Origin: an uncultured delta proteobacterium
GTDB taxonomy: Bacteria > Desulfobacterota > BSN033 > UBA1163
Direction of reading: 5' to 3'
NCBI GenBank assembly: GCA_963708295.1
Contig: CAVPSJ010000016.1
Coordinates: 32,001-96,000, forward strand
DNA: 64,000 bases
In this document: positions 10,209 to 19,474 of the stretch, piece by piece
Layout: every line of letters begins with the position of its first letter
How positions within the stretch are numbered: the first letter of the stretch is position 1
Notes under the pieces: generated by a model
What the model was told of the DNA's origin: nothing
Seen by the model: only the letters and a program-made list of their open reading frames with translations
Databases searched by the model: none
Program-made: the position numbers and the translations under genes

Positions 10209-11228
10209 TTACATGGGTGCCGGTTGAATAGAAGCCGTTGGAGGAGGAAGAGAAGGAGGAGGTGCAGAAGAAGCCTTGGGTGCTTCGGAAGTGGCTAATT
10301 TACTCACCCAGGCAGTACTTCCGTCCTCAAGGCGGACACGCAACCAGCCTCCACTTACTTCAAGAATTTTCAGAGAAGCCCCCTTCTTTGCATTGCCGAC
10401 GATTTTATAGCCTGTTCCCGGCCCCTGACGCAGATTCACGGTGTCCCATACCACCTGAGTGGTGGGAAGAGGAGGAGGTGGGGGCGTGGTGACTTTCAGG
10501 GCGATGGGGGTCGGCTTCGGCTCTTCCTTCAGTAGAACGGGTAAAACCCGATAAGACTCGGGCGGAGTCTTAGCAACGATAAAACTGGCCGAATCCTCAA
10601 CTGCGGTGCGTATCGCCTTCTCCATCGGTGTTTTTGAGAAATCCTTAAACACTGCCGGCAGGGGGCCGCGCCTTCCCGATGTTCCCCCAACATCCGCCGC
10701 CTTCCCTTTCACTTTCTCGGTGGCGATCGCTTGGTGGGTTCTTGGGTCGGTCACCGTTACCGTAATCGTCACGTAAGATGTCCCGCCTGTGCCCTCTCCT
10801 GCTCCCGGAATTCCGGGCTTGAACTCTCTAACCACCCCTTCAACAAGGAGGTCGATCTCTTCCTCTTTACTGGGACGACGGCCTTCTCTAGCCTCTTGGT
10901 TCTTGATCACCTCATCCGAGGATTTCCGCAATTGAACAATATACCGCTTGGTGGCCAACAAGGCATTGCATAACATCTCAGCCACCCCATCTCCCACCTG
11001 GCTCATCTCTTTTCCGCTTGATCGGTCAGTGAACTTAATGACTGCAGTTCTTGCTTTAGGCCCTTTGTAATTTTCCTTTAATATCTGCTCGAAGGTCGGC
11101 CGAGAAGCGGAGGTGGGTTTTTCATCAGGATGAATGGTCTGATCGATGGCCGAACAACTTATGAGAATGAATACAGATGTGACGGAAGCCAGTAACTTAG
11201 GTGTCAAATTGGTGAATAATTCCTTCAT
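10209..11228 (-). CDS. CsgG/HfaB-like lipoprotein with C-terminal SH3b domain
   Basis: Lipobox LISC; YKGPKARTAVIKFTDRS, GVAEMLCNALLAT and TPMEKAIR (CsgG-like); VNLRQGPGTGY..GWLRVRLEDGSTAWVS (SH3_3). Confidence 0.75.
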   Translation of the reverse strand: MKELFTNLTPKLLASVTSVFILISCSAIDQTIHPDEKPTSASRPTFEQILKENYKGPKARTAVIKFTDRSSGKEMSQVGDGVAEMLCNALLATKRYIVQLRKSSDEVIKNQEAREGRRPSKEEEIDLLVEGVVREFKPGIPGAGEGTGGTSYVTITVTVTDPRTHQAIATEKVKGKAADVGGTSGRRGPLPAVFKDFSKTPMEKAIRTAVEDSASFIVAKTPPESYRVLPVLLKEEPKPTPIALKVTTPPPPPLPTTQVVWDTVNLRQGPGTGYKIVGNAKKGASLKILEVSGGWLRVRLEDGSTAWVSKLATSEAPKASSAPPPSLPPPTASIQPAPM

Positions 11229-11306
11229 GAAAAATCCAGAACCTGATTTTCGGCAAACCCAAGCCGTAGTTCAGACTGAAGTCCAGTACACAATTTTCCT
11301 TAAGTA

Positions 11307-11323
11307 AGCAAAATAAATGCCAG
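11307..11323 (-). promoter_or_regulatory. Sigma54 (-24/-12) promoter
   Basis: Minus strand reads CTGGCATTTATTTTGCT (GG-N10-GC), about 80 bp upstream of the ATG at 11228, with AT-rich DNA further upstream. Confidence 0.65.
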
Positions 11324-11466
11324 TTTTGTTTTGGGCTTAATTGGTTGAAATTATTTATTTTTAGAAATATTTTGTTTCTTGTTTTCCGCAAGAAGGTGTC
11401 AAATTTTTGATCGATGGTCATAAAATGTCCATGTTTCACAATTATCGGGCAGATCCAGTCATCATG

Positions 11467-12246
11467 TTAATTTCCGGTCCTTGTACCCTGTTTCACATGG
11501 TCCAGAATACCTCTCATGGCGGAGCCGGCCTGACCATGAACGACGAGATCTGCCATGTCATCGTAAGGAGTTGGGTCACGGTTGATGATCACCAATTTTG
11601 CTCCACTTCTCTTGGCCACCAAAGGCATGGACGCGGCGGGCTGGACAACCAGTGAGGAACCGATCACAATGAAGAGGTCGCAGAGCGAGGATCGATGATA
11701 AGCTTCCTCTGTTTCTCTTTCCGGCATCGATTGGCCAAATGAGATGGTGGCGGGTTTGAGAAGGCCGCCGCAGTCGTCGCAGCGGGGTGCCTTCTGTCCG
11801 GCTTTTATTCGTTCTTGGATTTCATTTCGATCATATCTCTTCTTACAGCTCAAACACGAGACGAATATGGCCGTCCCGTGAAGTTGAATCACTTTTTCTT
11901 CGGAGTTTCCAGCCTTAAAATGAAGACCATCGATGTTCTGAGTAATCACACAGTCGAGCTTACCGAGTCTCTCCAATTCGGCTATGGCGAGATGGGCCTC
12001 ATTCGGCCGGGCAATTTTTATCGGTTCGTACATTTCCGTCGCCATCTGCCAATATTTTTCCCGGGAGGCTTCACTTTCAAGGAAATTCTGAAAATAGAAA
12101 TCCTCCGGATTGTATCGGTCCCACACTCCCCCCGGGCTGCGGAAATCCGGAATCCCGGATTCCGTGCTGAGACCGGCTCCCGAAAAAACGATCAGTCTTT
12201 GAGCGGACTCAATCCACTGGGCCACTTTTCTTAGTTTATCTTCCAT
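11467..12246 (-). CDS. cobB: NAD-dependent protein deacylase (sirtuin)
   Basis: GAGLSTESGIPDFR, TQNIDGLH, LHG, two CxxC zinc pairs, GSSLVVQPAA. Confidence 0.93.
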   Translation of the reverse strand: MEDKLRKVAQWIESAQRLIVFSGAGLSTESGIPDFRSPGGVWDRYNPEDFYFQNFLESEASREKYWQMATEMYEPIKIARPNEAHLAIAELERLGKLDCVITQNIDGLHFKAGNSEEKVIQLHGTAIFVSCLSCKKRYDRNEIQERIKAGQKAPRCDDCGGLLKPATISFGQSMPERETEEAYHRSSLCDLFIVIGSSLVVQPAASMPLVAKRSGAKLVIINRDPTPYDDMADLVVHGQAGSAMRGILDHVKQGTRTGN

Positions 12247-12488
12247 TGGACACCCCCTTGCCTGGTATTCCCTGACTCCGAAATCCGAATATCGAAATCT
12301 CTGCCCTTGCTCCGCCGTGCGGGACTTCACGCAAACAGGCGAAACAAATTCGAATTTTCAAAATTCAAATCTCCAAAAAGTTTATCCGTTTCGAACATTT
12401 CGTATCTTGTGCTTCGAATTTATAAACGTCTATACCACACGCCGATCATGACTTGCAAGGTGAAGAGGGCATGTGATAAAATTTCATA

Positions 12489-13517
12489 ATGAAATGTAAT
12501 TTAATCAAGCAAGGATATCCCCAGGGAAACTGTTTTGTTGAGACTGAACAGGGGAAGTTTCTCGCCTGCGACGCTACTCTCAAAAAGACCGACAACGGCC
12601 TCCTCAGGCTGATCTCCGCCGCTCATCTCTCCCGTCCGGAAAATTACCTCTCCATCTACCAATCCGGTTGTATGTTCTCCTGTCGAAAATGTCACTCCTG
12701 GAATTTCACAAAAATTGCCAAGGGCGATTGGTGGTCTCCCGCTGACGTTTTGAAGGCCTGTAGGGAATATGAAAAGGAAGTCACGGTTCGGGAGCCTCGA
12801 AACAGGGCCACCGCCTTTCATGCCCACGATTCCTGCCGCGGTTGCGGGGCTTGTGTCATGCATGGAAAGCGGTCTTCCCTTTGTCCCAGAGTCATCGAGA
12901 AGAATGAAATCGTCTTGAGTCCTCAGGGATGGGGTCCTGCGCGCAATATCGTTGCCTTCACGGGAGGAGATCTGACCTGTTGCCCGGAGTACTATATCGC
13001 GTGCACTCGCCTCATCAAACAAGAAACCAAGCTCTGGGTACTGATCGAAACGAACGGTTATGGACTTACTCCTCAAAACCTCGATGCCTTCAAGGAGGCA
13101 GGGGTGGACTCGTTCTGGCTTGACCTCAAGGCCTACGACGGGACCGACCACAAATGGCTGACCGGCTGCTTCAACCGGAATATTCTCAAACTTCCGGGAG
13201 AGATCGTGAAAAGGGGTTTTGTTCTAGAAGTTCTCTCCCTCTACATTCCAAACCTCGTGGAGACGCCCCAGTTGAAAAAGATGGCCCAACTCATTTTTGA
13301 CGTCGATCCCGAGATTCCCTATACCCTGTCGGCTTTTTTCCCTGAATATCAGATGAAGCGGTACAAAAGCCCAAAGGTCTCCGAGATGATAGAGGCCTAC
13401 ATGGGAGTGAGGGCCGTCGGACTCAGGAACGTGAGACTGGGAAACACTGGAGTTTTCGCGTCGTCGGAGCAGGACTATGTTCTTTTGAAAAGAAAGGTGG
13501 CGGCGGGGGACTACTAG
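12489..13517 (+). CDS. Radical SAM protein, PFL-activating-enzyme-like
   Basis: CMFSCRKC, FTGGD, ETNG and LDLKA motifs; extra CRGCGAC...C insert. Confidence 0.8.
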   Translation: MKCNLIKQGYPQGNCFVETEQGKFLACDATLKKTDNGLLRLISAAHLSRPENYLSIYQSGCMFSCRKCHSWNFTKIAKGDWWSPADVLKACREYEKEVTVREPRNRATAFHAHDSCRGCGACVMHGKRSSLCPRVIEKNEIVLSPQGWGPARNIVAFTGGDLTCCPEYYIACTRLIKQETKLWVLIETNGYGLTPQNLDAFKEAGVDSFWLDLKAYDGTDHKWLTGCFNRNILKLPGEIVKRGFVLEVLSLYIPNLVETPQLKKMAQLIFDVDPEIPYTLSAFFPEYQMKRYKSPKVSEMIEAYMGVRAVGLRNVRLGNTGVFASSEQDYVLLKRKVAAGDY

Positions 13518-13552
13518 GTGTGCTGAGTTGAAAATTGAAAGAAAGGGCGGGA

Positions 13553-15040
13553 ATGGAGCGGATTAAGAATTATATCAACGGGAAATGGGTTGGTTCCAAG
13601 TCTGGGGAGACTTTTCGATCGATCAACCCAGCCAATATAGACGACGTGGTCGGAGTCGTTTCGAGATCAGGCCGGGAAGATGTGGATCAAGCCGTCCGGG
13701 CCGCGCAAGGGGCCTATGACGCGTGGCGGCTCACCCCGGCCCCGCGTCGAGGTGAGATCCTGTTCAGGGCTGCGGAGATTCTGTTGCGAAATAAGGAGTC
13801 TCTGGGAAAGATGGAAACGCGGGAAATGGGGAAAATTCTTTCGGAAGGCCTGGGCGATGTCCAGGAGGCCATTGACATGGGTTACTACATGGCCGGAGAG
13901 GGAAGGAGACTTTCCGGGGAGACGGTTCCCTCCGAACTGTCCCATAAGGATATGAAATCCGTTCGCGTTCCCGTCGGGGTGTTCGGTTTGATTACTCCGT
14001 GGAATTTTCCTATGGCCATCCCAGCCTGGAAGGTTTTTCCGGCTCTGATCTGCGGGAATACGGTCGTCTTCAAACCTTCCAGTGACACGCCTGTATGCGC
14101 CGCGAAGTTCGTGGAAGCGTTGGTGGAAGCGGGTTTGCCCAAAGGGGTTCTTAACCTCTTTCATGGGCCAGGAGGAGAAGCAGGGGAATATCTGGTGAGC
14201 CATCCGGGAGTGGATGCCGTTTCCTTCACCGGTTCTTTTGATACCGGGAAGCGGCTCGAAGCAATCTGTGGAGCCATCCATCGGACGATCGCGACGGAGA
14301 TGGGTGGAAAGAACGCAATCATTGTCATGGACGATGCGAATCTCGATTTGGCCGTGGAGGGGGCTGTCTGGGGCGGTTTCGGAACGACCGGCCAGCGGTG
14401 CACGGCTGCCAGTCGAATCGTTGCGCACAGGAAGGTCTACCGGAAATTCATCGAAAGGTTTAAGACTGCCGCCTCCCGCCTCAAACTGGGAGACGGTCTT
14501 CAAAAAGAGACGGACATGGGTCCGGTGATCAACGAATCTCAGTTCAACAAGATTCTTAGATACATCGAGATCGGGAGGAGCGAAGGCGCGAAGCTCATCT
14601 TAGGAGGGAAGGCCTGCCGGAAGGGCAATTGCTCCAAAGGGTATTTCATCGAACCCACGATTTTTATCGATGTCACCCCTGAGATGCGGATTGCCCGGGA
14701 GGAAATTTTTGGACCGGTTGTTTCAGTGATCAAGGCAGAAAACCTTGAGGACGCCGTTCAGATCGTCAATCGCACGTCCTACGGACTTTCCTCCTCGATC
14801 TACACTCAGAACGTCAATGCATCGGCCATCGCAGAGAGAGATCTGGACACAGGAATCGTGTACATCAATGCCTCCACCATCGGCGCGGAAATCCAGCTTC
14901 CTTTTGGAGGGATCAAGCATTCGGGCTATGGAAGGAAGGAGGCAGGAGGTCGAGGAGGCGCCTTGGACACCTACAGTCGATGGAAGGTGATCTACCGGGA
15001 TTTCAGCGGTCGTCTTCAGAAGGCGCAGATTGATAAGTAA
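13553..15040 (+). CDS. NAD(P)-dependent aldehyde dehydrogenase
   Basis: ITPWNFP, FTGS, EMGGKN, GQRCTA, EEIFGPV and PFGG motifs. Confidence 0.95.
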   Translation: MERIKNYINGKWVGSKSGETFRSINPANIDDVVGVVSRSGREDVDQAVRAAQGAYDAWRLTPAPRRGEILFRAAEILLRNKESLGKMETREMGKILSEGLGDVQEAIDMGYYMAGEGRRLSGETVPSELSHKDMKSVRVPVGVFGLITPWNFPMAIPAWKVFPALICGNTVVFKPSSDTPVCAAKFVEALVEAGLPKGVLNLFHGPGGEAGEYLVSHPGVDAVSFTGSFDTGKRLEAICGAIHRTIATEMGGKNAIIVMDDANLDLAVEGAVWGGFGTTGQRCTAASRIVAHRKVYRKFIERFKTAASRLKLGDGLQKETDMGPVINESQFNKILRYIEIGRSEGAKLILGGKACRKGNCSKGYFIEPTIFIDVTPEMRIAREEIFGPVVSVIKAENLEDAVQIVNRTSYGLSSSIYTQNVNASAIAERDLDTGIVYINASTIGAEIQLPFGGIKHSGYGRKEAGGRGGALDTYSRWKVIYRDFSGRLQKAQIDK

Positions 15041-15178
15041 ATGGAGTAATGGAGTGTTGGAATGATGGAACAATGGGTCCCAAACGTAATGCCTAATACC
15101 TGTCCGAATCTTGGAGATCTCTTAATAAAGAATAAGAACTTTTTAATCCAATACTCCGATACTCCATTATTCCAATAC
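15041..15178. repeat. Inverted arrays of degenerate 8-mers (TGGAGTAA-type / TACTCCA-type)
   Basis: ATGGAGTAATGGAGTGTTGGAATGATGG ... CCAATACTCCGATACTCCATTATTCCAAT form a long imperfect foldback after the ALDH stop. Confidence 0.55.
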
Positions 15179-15261
15179 ACCCTTATGCCAACAAAGGGTT
15201 GAATCTTTGTCAGTGGTATGATAATGAAAATCCAAGGCTTGTGTTCTTAAGGGGAGGTCTC

Positions 15262-16629
15262 ATGGATAAGAAAGTCCTCATCGTGGATGATGAGGAGAGA
15301 GTTGTGGAATCGATCGCAGGCGTCCTGGAGGACGAAGGCTTCCGGGTCGCTACGGCGAGGAGCGGAGAAGACGCGATTCGAGCCTTCGAGCAGGAAAAGC
15401 CGGATGTCACCCTTCTCGACATCTGGATGCCCGGGATGGATGGCATCGAGATATTGAAACGACTCAAAGGGATTGCCCCGGAGTGCCAGGTCATCATGAT
15501 CTCCGGTCATGCAACGATCTCTACTGCCATGACCTCCGTGAAATTAGGGGCCTTTGACTTCATTGAAAAGCCTCTTTCCCTCGATGTGCTTCTGCTCACC
15601 ATTCGTCGAGCCCTCGATCGTCAGGAGAACTTATCATCCGTCGAGGGATCGGAAACAAGGGTCGGCCAGGAGCCTCTTCAAGACCGGAAGATTTCTCCGG
15701 AGGAGATCGTTGGCGAGCCTCCTGTTCCTCCATCTGAGTTGCTGCGCCAGGCCATTCCCGTGGCGAAGGAGGCTGCCAGAAGAAAAGGAACCTCTTCGTT
15801 GCCTCAGCGTACCCTGAGACAGAGTATGGTGCTTTATGGAACCGGACTCCATTCTGGAAAGAAGACAGGACTTCTTCTCCAACCCCTTCCCCCGCATAGT
15901 GGAATTCTCTTTGGAAGCATCTCGTCGGATGAGGTGGTTCCTGCCCATCTGGATTTTGTTCAGACGACCGATTTTGCCACCTCGCTGAAGAGGGGAAGTG
16001 CCATTGCCAAGACGGTCGAGCATCTTATGGCGGTGTTGCACGCCTATCATGTCAGCAACCTGATGGTGAAGATGATCGAAGAGATTCCGATCATGGACGG
16101 GTCTGCCTCGGAGTTCTGCAAAATGATAGAAGAGGCAGGGATAGAGGAACAGGAAGAGAAGGTTAATGAATTGATCATTGATCGAAAAATGGAAATTATT
16201 CACAAACAGAAGTCCCTCATTATCGAGCCAGCGGAGAACTTCTCGATTCACTTCTTTCTGGACTACCCGCCGCCTATTGGGCAGCAGACCCTGGACTTTG
16301 TCCTGGAGAGCGAGGAGGTCTTTAAGGATCAAATCGCTCCGGCGAGAACCTTTGGTTTTGTCAAAGATATAGAGATGCTCAATCGGATGGGATTAGCAGG
16401 AGGAGGACGGCTTCATAATATTATCCTGGTAGATGATGAGAAGATCGTCAACACTGAGCTTCGATTTCCGGATGAATTTGTAAGGCATAAAATTCTCGAT
16501 TTGATCGGTGATTTCTATCTCCTCAATCGCCCGATTCGGGGGAAGGTGACCGCCCATTTAACCGGCCACACGGAAAACATCGCCCTGATGAAGAAGATTC
16601 AGGAAGCGGCAAGAGAGAAGGAACGGTGA
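15262..16629 (+). CDS. lpxC: Response-regulator receiver domain fused to UDP-3-O-acyl-GlcNAc deacetylase
   Basis: N-terminal VLIVDDE..LLDIWMPGMDG..ISGH..KP receiver; C-terminal QRTL..GTGLHSG, TVEHL, EIPIMDGS, APARTFG, HKILDLIGD and GH; one uninterrupted ORF. Confidence 0.9.
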   Translation: MDKKVLIVDDEERVVESIAGVLEDEGFRVATARSGEDAIRAFEQEKPDVTLLDIWMPGMDGIEILKRLKGIAPECQVIMISGHATISTAMTSVKLGAFDFIEKPLSLDVLLLTIRRALDRQENLSSVEGSETRVGQEPLQDRKISPEEIVGEPPVPPSELLRQAIPVAKEAARRKGTSSLPQRTLRQSMVLYGTGLHSGKKTGLLLQPLPPHSGILFGSISSDEVVPAHLDFVQTTDFATSLKRGSAIAKTVEHLMAVLHAYHVSNLMVKMIEEIPIMDGSASEFCKMIEEAGIEEQEEKVNELIIDRKMEIIHKQKSLIIEPAENFSIHFFLDYPPPIGQQTLDFVLESEEVFKDQIAPARTFGFVKDIEMLNRMGLAGGGRLHNIILVDDEKIVNTELRFPDEFVRHKILDLIGDFYLLNRPIRGKVTAHLTGHTENIALMKKIQEAAREKER

Positions 16630-16657
16630 GAGGTCACTTTTCTCTTTGGAGGGAGAC

Positions 16658-17053
16658 ATGGCACAAGAAGAACGACCCCCGATGAAAGAATTCCTGGATA
16701 TGCTCGCGGATCTTCTGACCGAAAAGTATTTCGAACGGGTGGAAGAGCGAATCAAAAAGATCCCCGAACTCCGGAGATTGATCACGGCGAAAGAAGCAAG
16801 CCAGTATTTAAGCCTTTCCACAGATACCGTCTACCGAATGGCCGCGTTGAAGAAACTTCCCTACCTCAAGATCGGGGATCGGGTTCTTTTCGACGTCAAA
16901 GCCCTCGATCACTGGATTGAGAGGCATATGATCGGGGATAAGGAATGGAAGAAAGAAGAATCGAAGCCGGGGATCGAAAAGGAAAAGGCGAATACAAAAG
17001 CCTTGAAAGAATCCGACCTTCTTGACTTGCTCAAGAAAAAAGGAAAAGATTAG
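16658..17053 (+). CDS. Excisionase-like (HTH_17) DNA-binding protein
   Basis: LITAKEASQYLSLSTDTVYRMA...LPYLKIGDRVLFD...LDHWI pattern. Confidence 0.8.
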   Translation: MAQEERPPMKEFLDMLADLLTEKYFERVEERIKKIPELRRLITAKEASQYLSLSTDTVYRMAALKKLPYLKIGDRVLFDVKALDHWIERHMIGDKEWKKEESKPGIEKEKANTKALKESDLLDLLKKKGKD

Positions 17054-17193
17054 GTCATCCAATCTTTATTCCCTTCGAGGATATCGCCTCTCAGACCAGC
17101 CCTTTGTTTTCTCCTTCCTTTTTGCTATTCTTATCGGATAAAATGTTTTTATCAACGCACAACTTTTTGATGAAGCGGCATAGAAGTCTGTAA

Positions 17194-18357
17194 ATGGGGA
17201 GGGAGACGGTGGATTATTTTCAATTAGAAGGATCTTTGAGTGAAGGAGAGAAAAACTTCAGAGATAAAGTCCGAAAATTTGTAGATGAAGAATGCATGCC
17301 CCTCATCGCTACGCATTTCGATAGCGGAGCTTTTCCCATGGATGTCATCCCCAGAATGGCGGAGATGGGTCTCTTCGGCATCCATATGGATGGATACGGT
17401 TGCACCAAAGCAAGTCATATGATTTATGGGTTGATCTGTCAGGAGCTGGGGCGTTGTGATAGCGGTCTCAGGGCCATGTTTTCAGTCCAGAATTCCTTGG
17501 TGATGTACCCGATCTATGCCTTCGGATCTGAAGAACAGAAAGGAAGATGGCTTCCCAAGATGGCACGAGGTGAGGTAATAGGCTGTTTCGGCCTCTCCGA
17601 ACCCGATTTTGGATCGGATCCTTCTGGAATGCAAACGAGAGCCGTGAAGCAAGGAAATCATTTCCTATTGAATGGAACCAAAATGTGGATTACCAATGGA
17701 TCCATTGCTCGCGTAGCAGTGGTCTGGGCGAAAATGGATGATGGAATCCGTGGGTTCCTGGTAGAGGAGGGCACTCCGGGGTTTCAGGAAACGCTCATCC
17801 AGAGAAAGTTTTCTTATCGAACTTCTCCCACTTCACTTCTTGTTCTCAAAGACTGCATCATTCCCGAAGAAAATCTCCTCCCTGGGACAAAGGGTTTGAA
17901 GTCAGTTTTAAGCTGCTTGAACTTTGCCCGTTACGGAGTGGCTTCCAGCGCGTTGGGTTCTGCTATCGCCTGCTATGAAGTTGCCGAGAGTTTTGCCCGC
18001 AAGAGAGAGGTCTTTGAAAAGCCGATTGCCTCCTATCAGCTTGTCCAGGAAAAGCTGGTGCAGATGGTTTTGGAAATTACCAAGGCGCAGTTGCTCACCC
18101 ACCATCTGGGCAGATTGTTGGATCAGCATCAAGCGAGACCTTCTCAGATCTCAATGGCTAAGCTGAACAATGTGAGAGAGGCGATGAAGATAGCGCGGAC
18201 GGCCAGGGATATTCTCGGGGCTCGGGGAATTCTGGCCGATCACCACGTCATTCGGCATCTCTGCGATCTCGAGGCCATGAGCACGCTGGAGGGGACGGAG
18301 AGTGTTCATACGCTGATCGTCGGCCAGGATATTACCGGCATTTCAGCTTTTCACTAG
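17194..18357 (+). CDS. Acyl-CoA dehydrogenase, glutaryl-CoA dehydrogenase-like
   Basis: SVQNSLVMYPI, GCFGLSEPDFGSDP, GTKMWITNG, TLEGTESVH and GQDITGISAF. Confidence 0.9.
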   Translation: MGRETVDYFQLEGSLSEGEKNFRDKVRKFVDEECMPLIATHFDSGAFPMDVIPRMAEMGLFGIHMDGYGCTKASHMIYGLICQELGRCDSGLRAMFSVQNSLVMYPIYAFGSEEQKGRWLPKMARGEVIGCFGLSEPDFGSDPSGMQTRAVKQGNHFLLNGTKMWITNGSIARVAVVWAKMDDGIRGFLVEEGTPGFQETLIQRKFSYRTSPTSLLVLKDCIIPEENLLPGTKGLKSVLSCLNFARYGVASSALGSAIACYEVAESFARKREVFEKPIASYQLVQEKLVQMVLEITKAQLLTHHLGRLLDQHQARPSQISMAKLNNVREAMKIARTARDILGARGILADHHVIRHLCDLEAMSTLEGTESVHTLIVGQDITGISAFH

Positions 18358-18363
18358 TAGAAG

Positions 18364-18514
18364 AGGCTGTTGAAAAACGCCCATCTGCTTCGTTTCCCTC
18401 ATCCTTCGTCATTGCAGCGTACCCTCAAGTACGCCTCATTCCTCAGGACTTCGGGAGCCTTGCATCTGGGCATTTTTGAGCAGCCTGAGGAATAGACACT
18501 TTTCCAGCAAGCTG
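18364..18514. repeat. MITE-like AGGCTG repeat (related to 8019-8351)
   Basis: AGGCTGTTGAAAAACGCCCATCTG ... TTGCATCTGGGCATTTTTGAGCAGCCT, matching the ends of the 8019 element. Confidence 0.6.
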
Positions 18515-18742
18515 TTAATTCATTCGTTTGAGCAATATTCAAATTGAAGTCTGGAATAAGACCTTGACCTACGGAGTATGAATATCGGCATGGGTTGAAA
18601 ATTGAAAGCGTAAAAGTCAGGGTTTGATTATACAGGCATTGTCAAATGTAACGGGTATGGGGAAGCGGGGTTCGGGAATCTCGCCCCGCAATATATCATT
18701 TCTAACTCTAACGATAACCGGAAATAAGTGCGTGATAAAAGG

Positions 18743-19147
18743 TTACTTTTTTTCTGTTGGGTAATTTTCCTTAAGCCATTCTCCCCAACCGCCTTTGAGG
18801 GCATAAACCTTTGTGTATCCCATTTTTACCAGTTTTTGTGCCACACTGGCACTGGTTGCTTCCTGAGGTCAGGCACAGTAAAAAACGAGGGTTTTGTCCT
18901 TGGGATACTTGCTTGCCCAGGAATCAAAGGCTTTGGGATCTTCTCGAATAGCCCCTTTAATTTTCAAGTCACTATCTGTCCAGTCCTTGCCGTAGCGGAC
19001 ATCTATGATAAGCAAATCAAGGTTGCCCAGTCTCGCCTTGAGTTCGTCCTTTGTCATCCGAGGGGCATCTCCAGACTTCCCAAACATCGTGCAGCCCGCA
19101 ACCATGAAAAGAATTGATAGAGCGGCTAGGAGCAATCTCTTTTTCAT
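18743..19147 (-). CDS. Rhodanese-related selenoprotein, lipoprotein (Sec at UGA 18869-18871)
   Basis: ORF track stops at VFYCA*, but the frame continues PQEATSASVAQKLVKMGYTKVYALKGGWGEWLKENYPTEKK*, completing a rhodanese fold; lipobox VAGC; hairpin after the UGA. Confidence 0.85.
18828..18868 (-). promoter_or_regulatory. Bacterial SECIS-like hairpin
   Basis: mRNA after the UGA: CCUCAGGAAGCA-ACCA-GUGCCA-GUG-UGGCAC-AAAAAC-UGGU; 6-bp apical stem with a G-starting loop 22 nt after the UGA. Confidence 0.7.
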
Positions 19148-19200
19148 CTTTTACCTCCCTGGATATCTCCTTGACGAATTGCAAAGTGTCTTATGCGATT

Positions 19201-19443
19201 TCACTTTTTTCGAAAGTGTCGTTCAAACAGTTCCTTGGCCTTCTGAAAACCTTCCTCGGTCATCCCAAGCGATTTTGCCTTACCGATAGGGTTGGAGATA
19301 TATCCTTTTTCGTGAAGCCTATTCATGGTGTCCCAGTCAAATCCTTTCCATACCCTTGCACCCAAACCCTCTTGTCTCTCATGGGTCACCAAATAGAGAA
19401 GCGCCAGCGTATATTCATCTATTTTATCCTGATCGTAATTCAT
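19201..19443 (-). CDS. Small conserved protein, DUF6429-like
   Basis: DKIDEYTLALLYL...WKGFDWDTMNRLHEKGYISNP.GKAKSL.MTEEG; GGAGG RBS. Confidence 0.75.
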   Translation of the reverse strand: MNYDQDKIDEYTLALLYLVTHERQEGLGARVWKGFDWDTMNRLHEKGYISNPIGKAKSLGMTEEGFQKAKELFERHFRKK

Positions 19444-19474
19444 TCTTCCTCCTGCGGTGGTTGTTAGATGTATC

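Noticed and set aside
10209-11228. Curli secretion system
   Set aside because: No csgA, csgB, csgE or csgF-like genes; only a CsgG-like domain fused to SH3.
11467-12246. Sirtuin as an anti-phage Sir2 effector
   Set aside because: It is a canonical Zn-binding CobB-type deacylase with no defence partner genes.
13667-14503. Long alternative-frame ORFs (e.g. 13667-14503, 22543-23433, 54298-55083, 58209-59024)
   Set aside because: They overlap well-supported genes and show no recognisable motifs; shadow ORFs are expected at this GC content.
15041-15178. Short repeat arrays (also 53964-54094) as CRISPR
   Set aside because: The units are degenerate 7-8-mers in inverted orientation, with no constant repeat-spacer period and no cas genes.
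16658-17053. Excisionase-like gene as a sign of a prophage or ICE
   Set aside because: No integrase, att site, tRNA or phage genes nearby; it is flanked by housekeeping genes.
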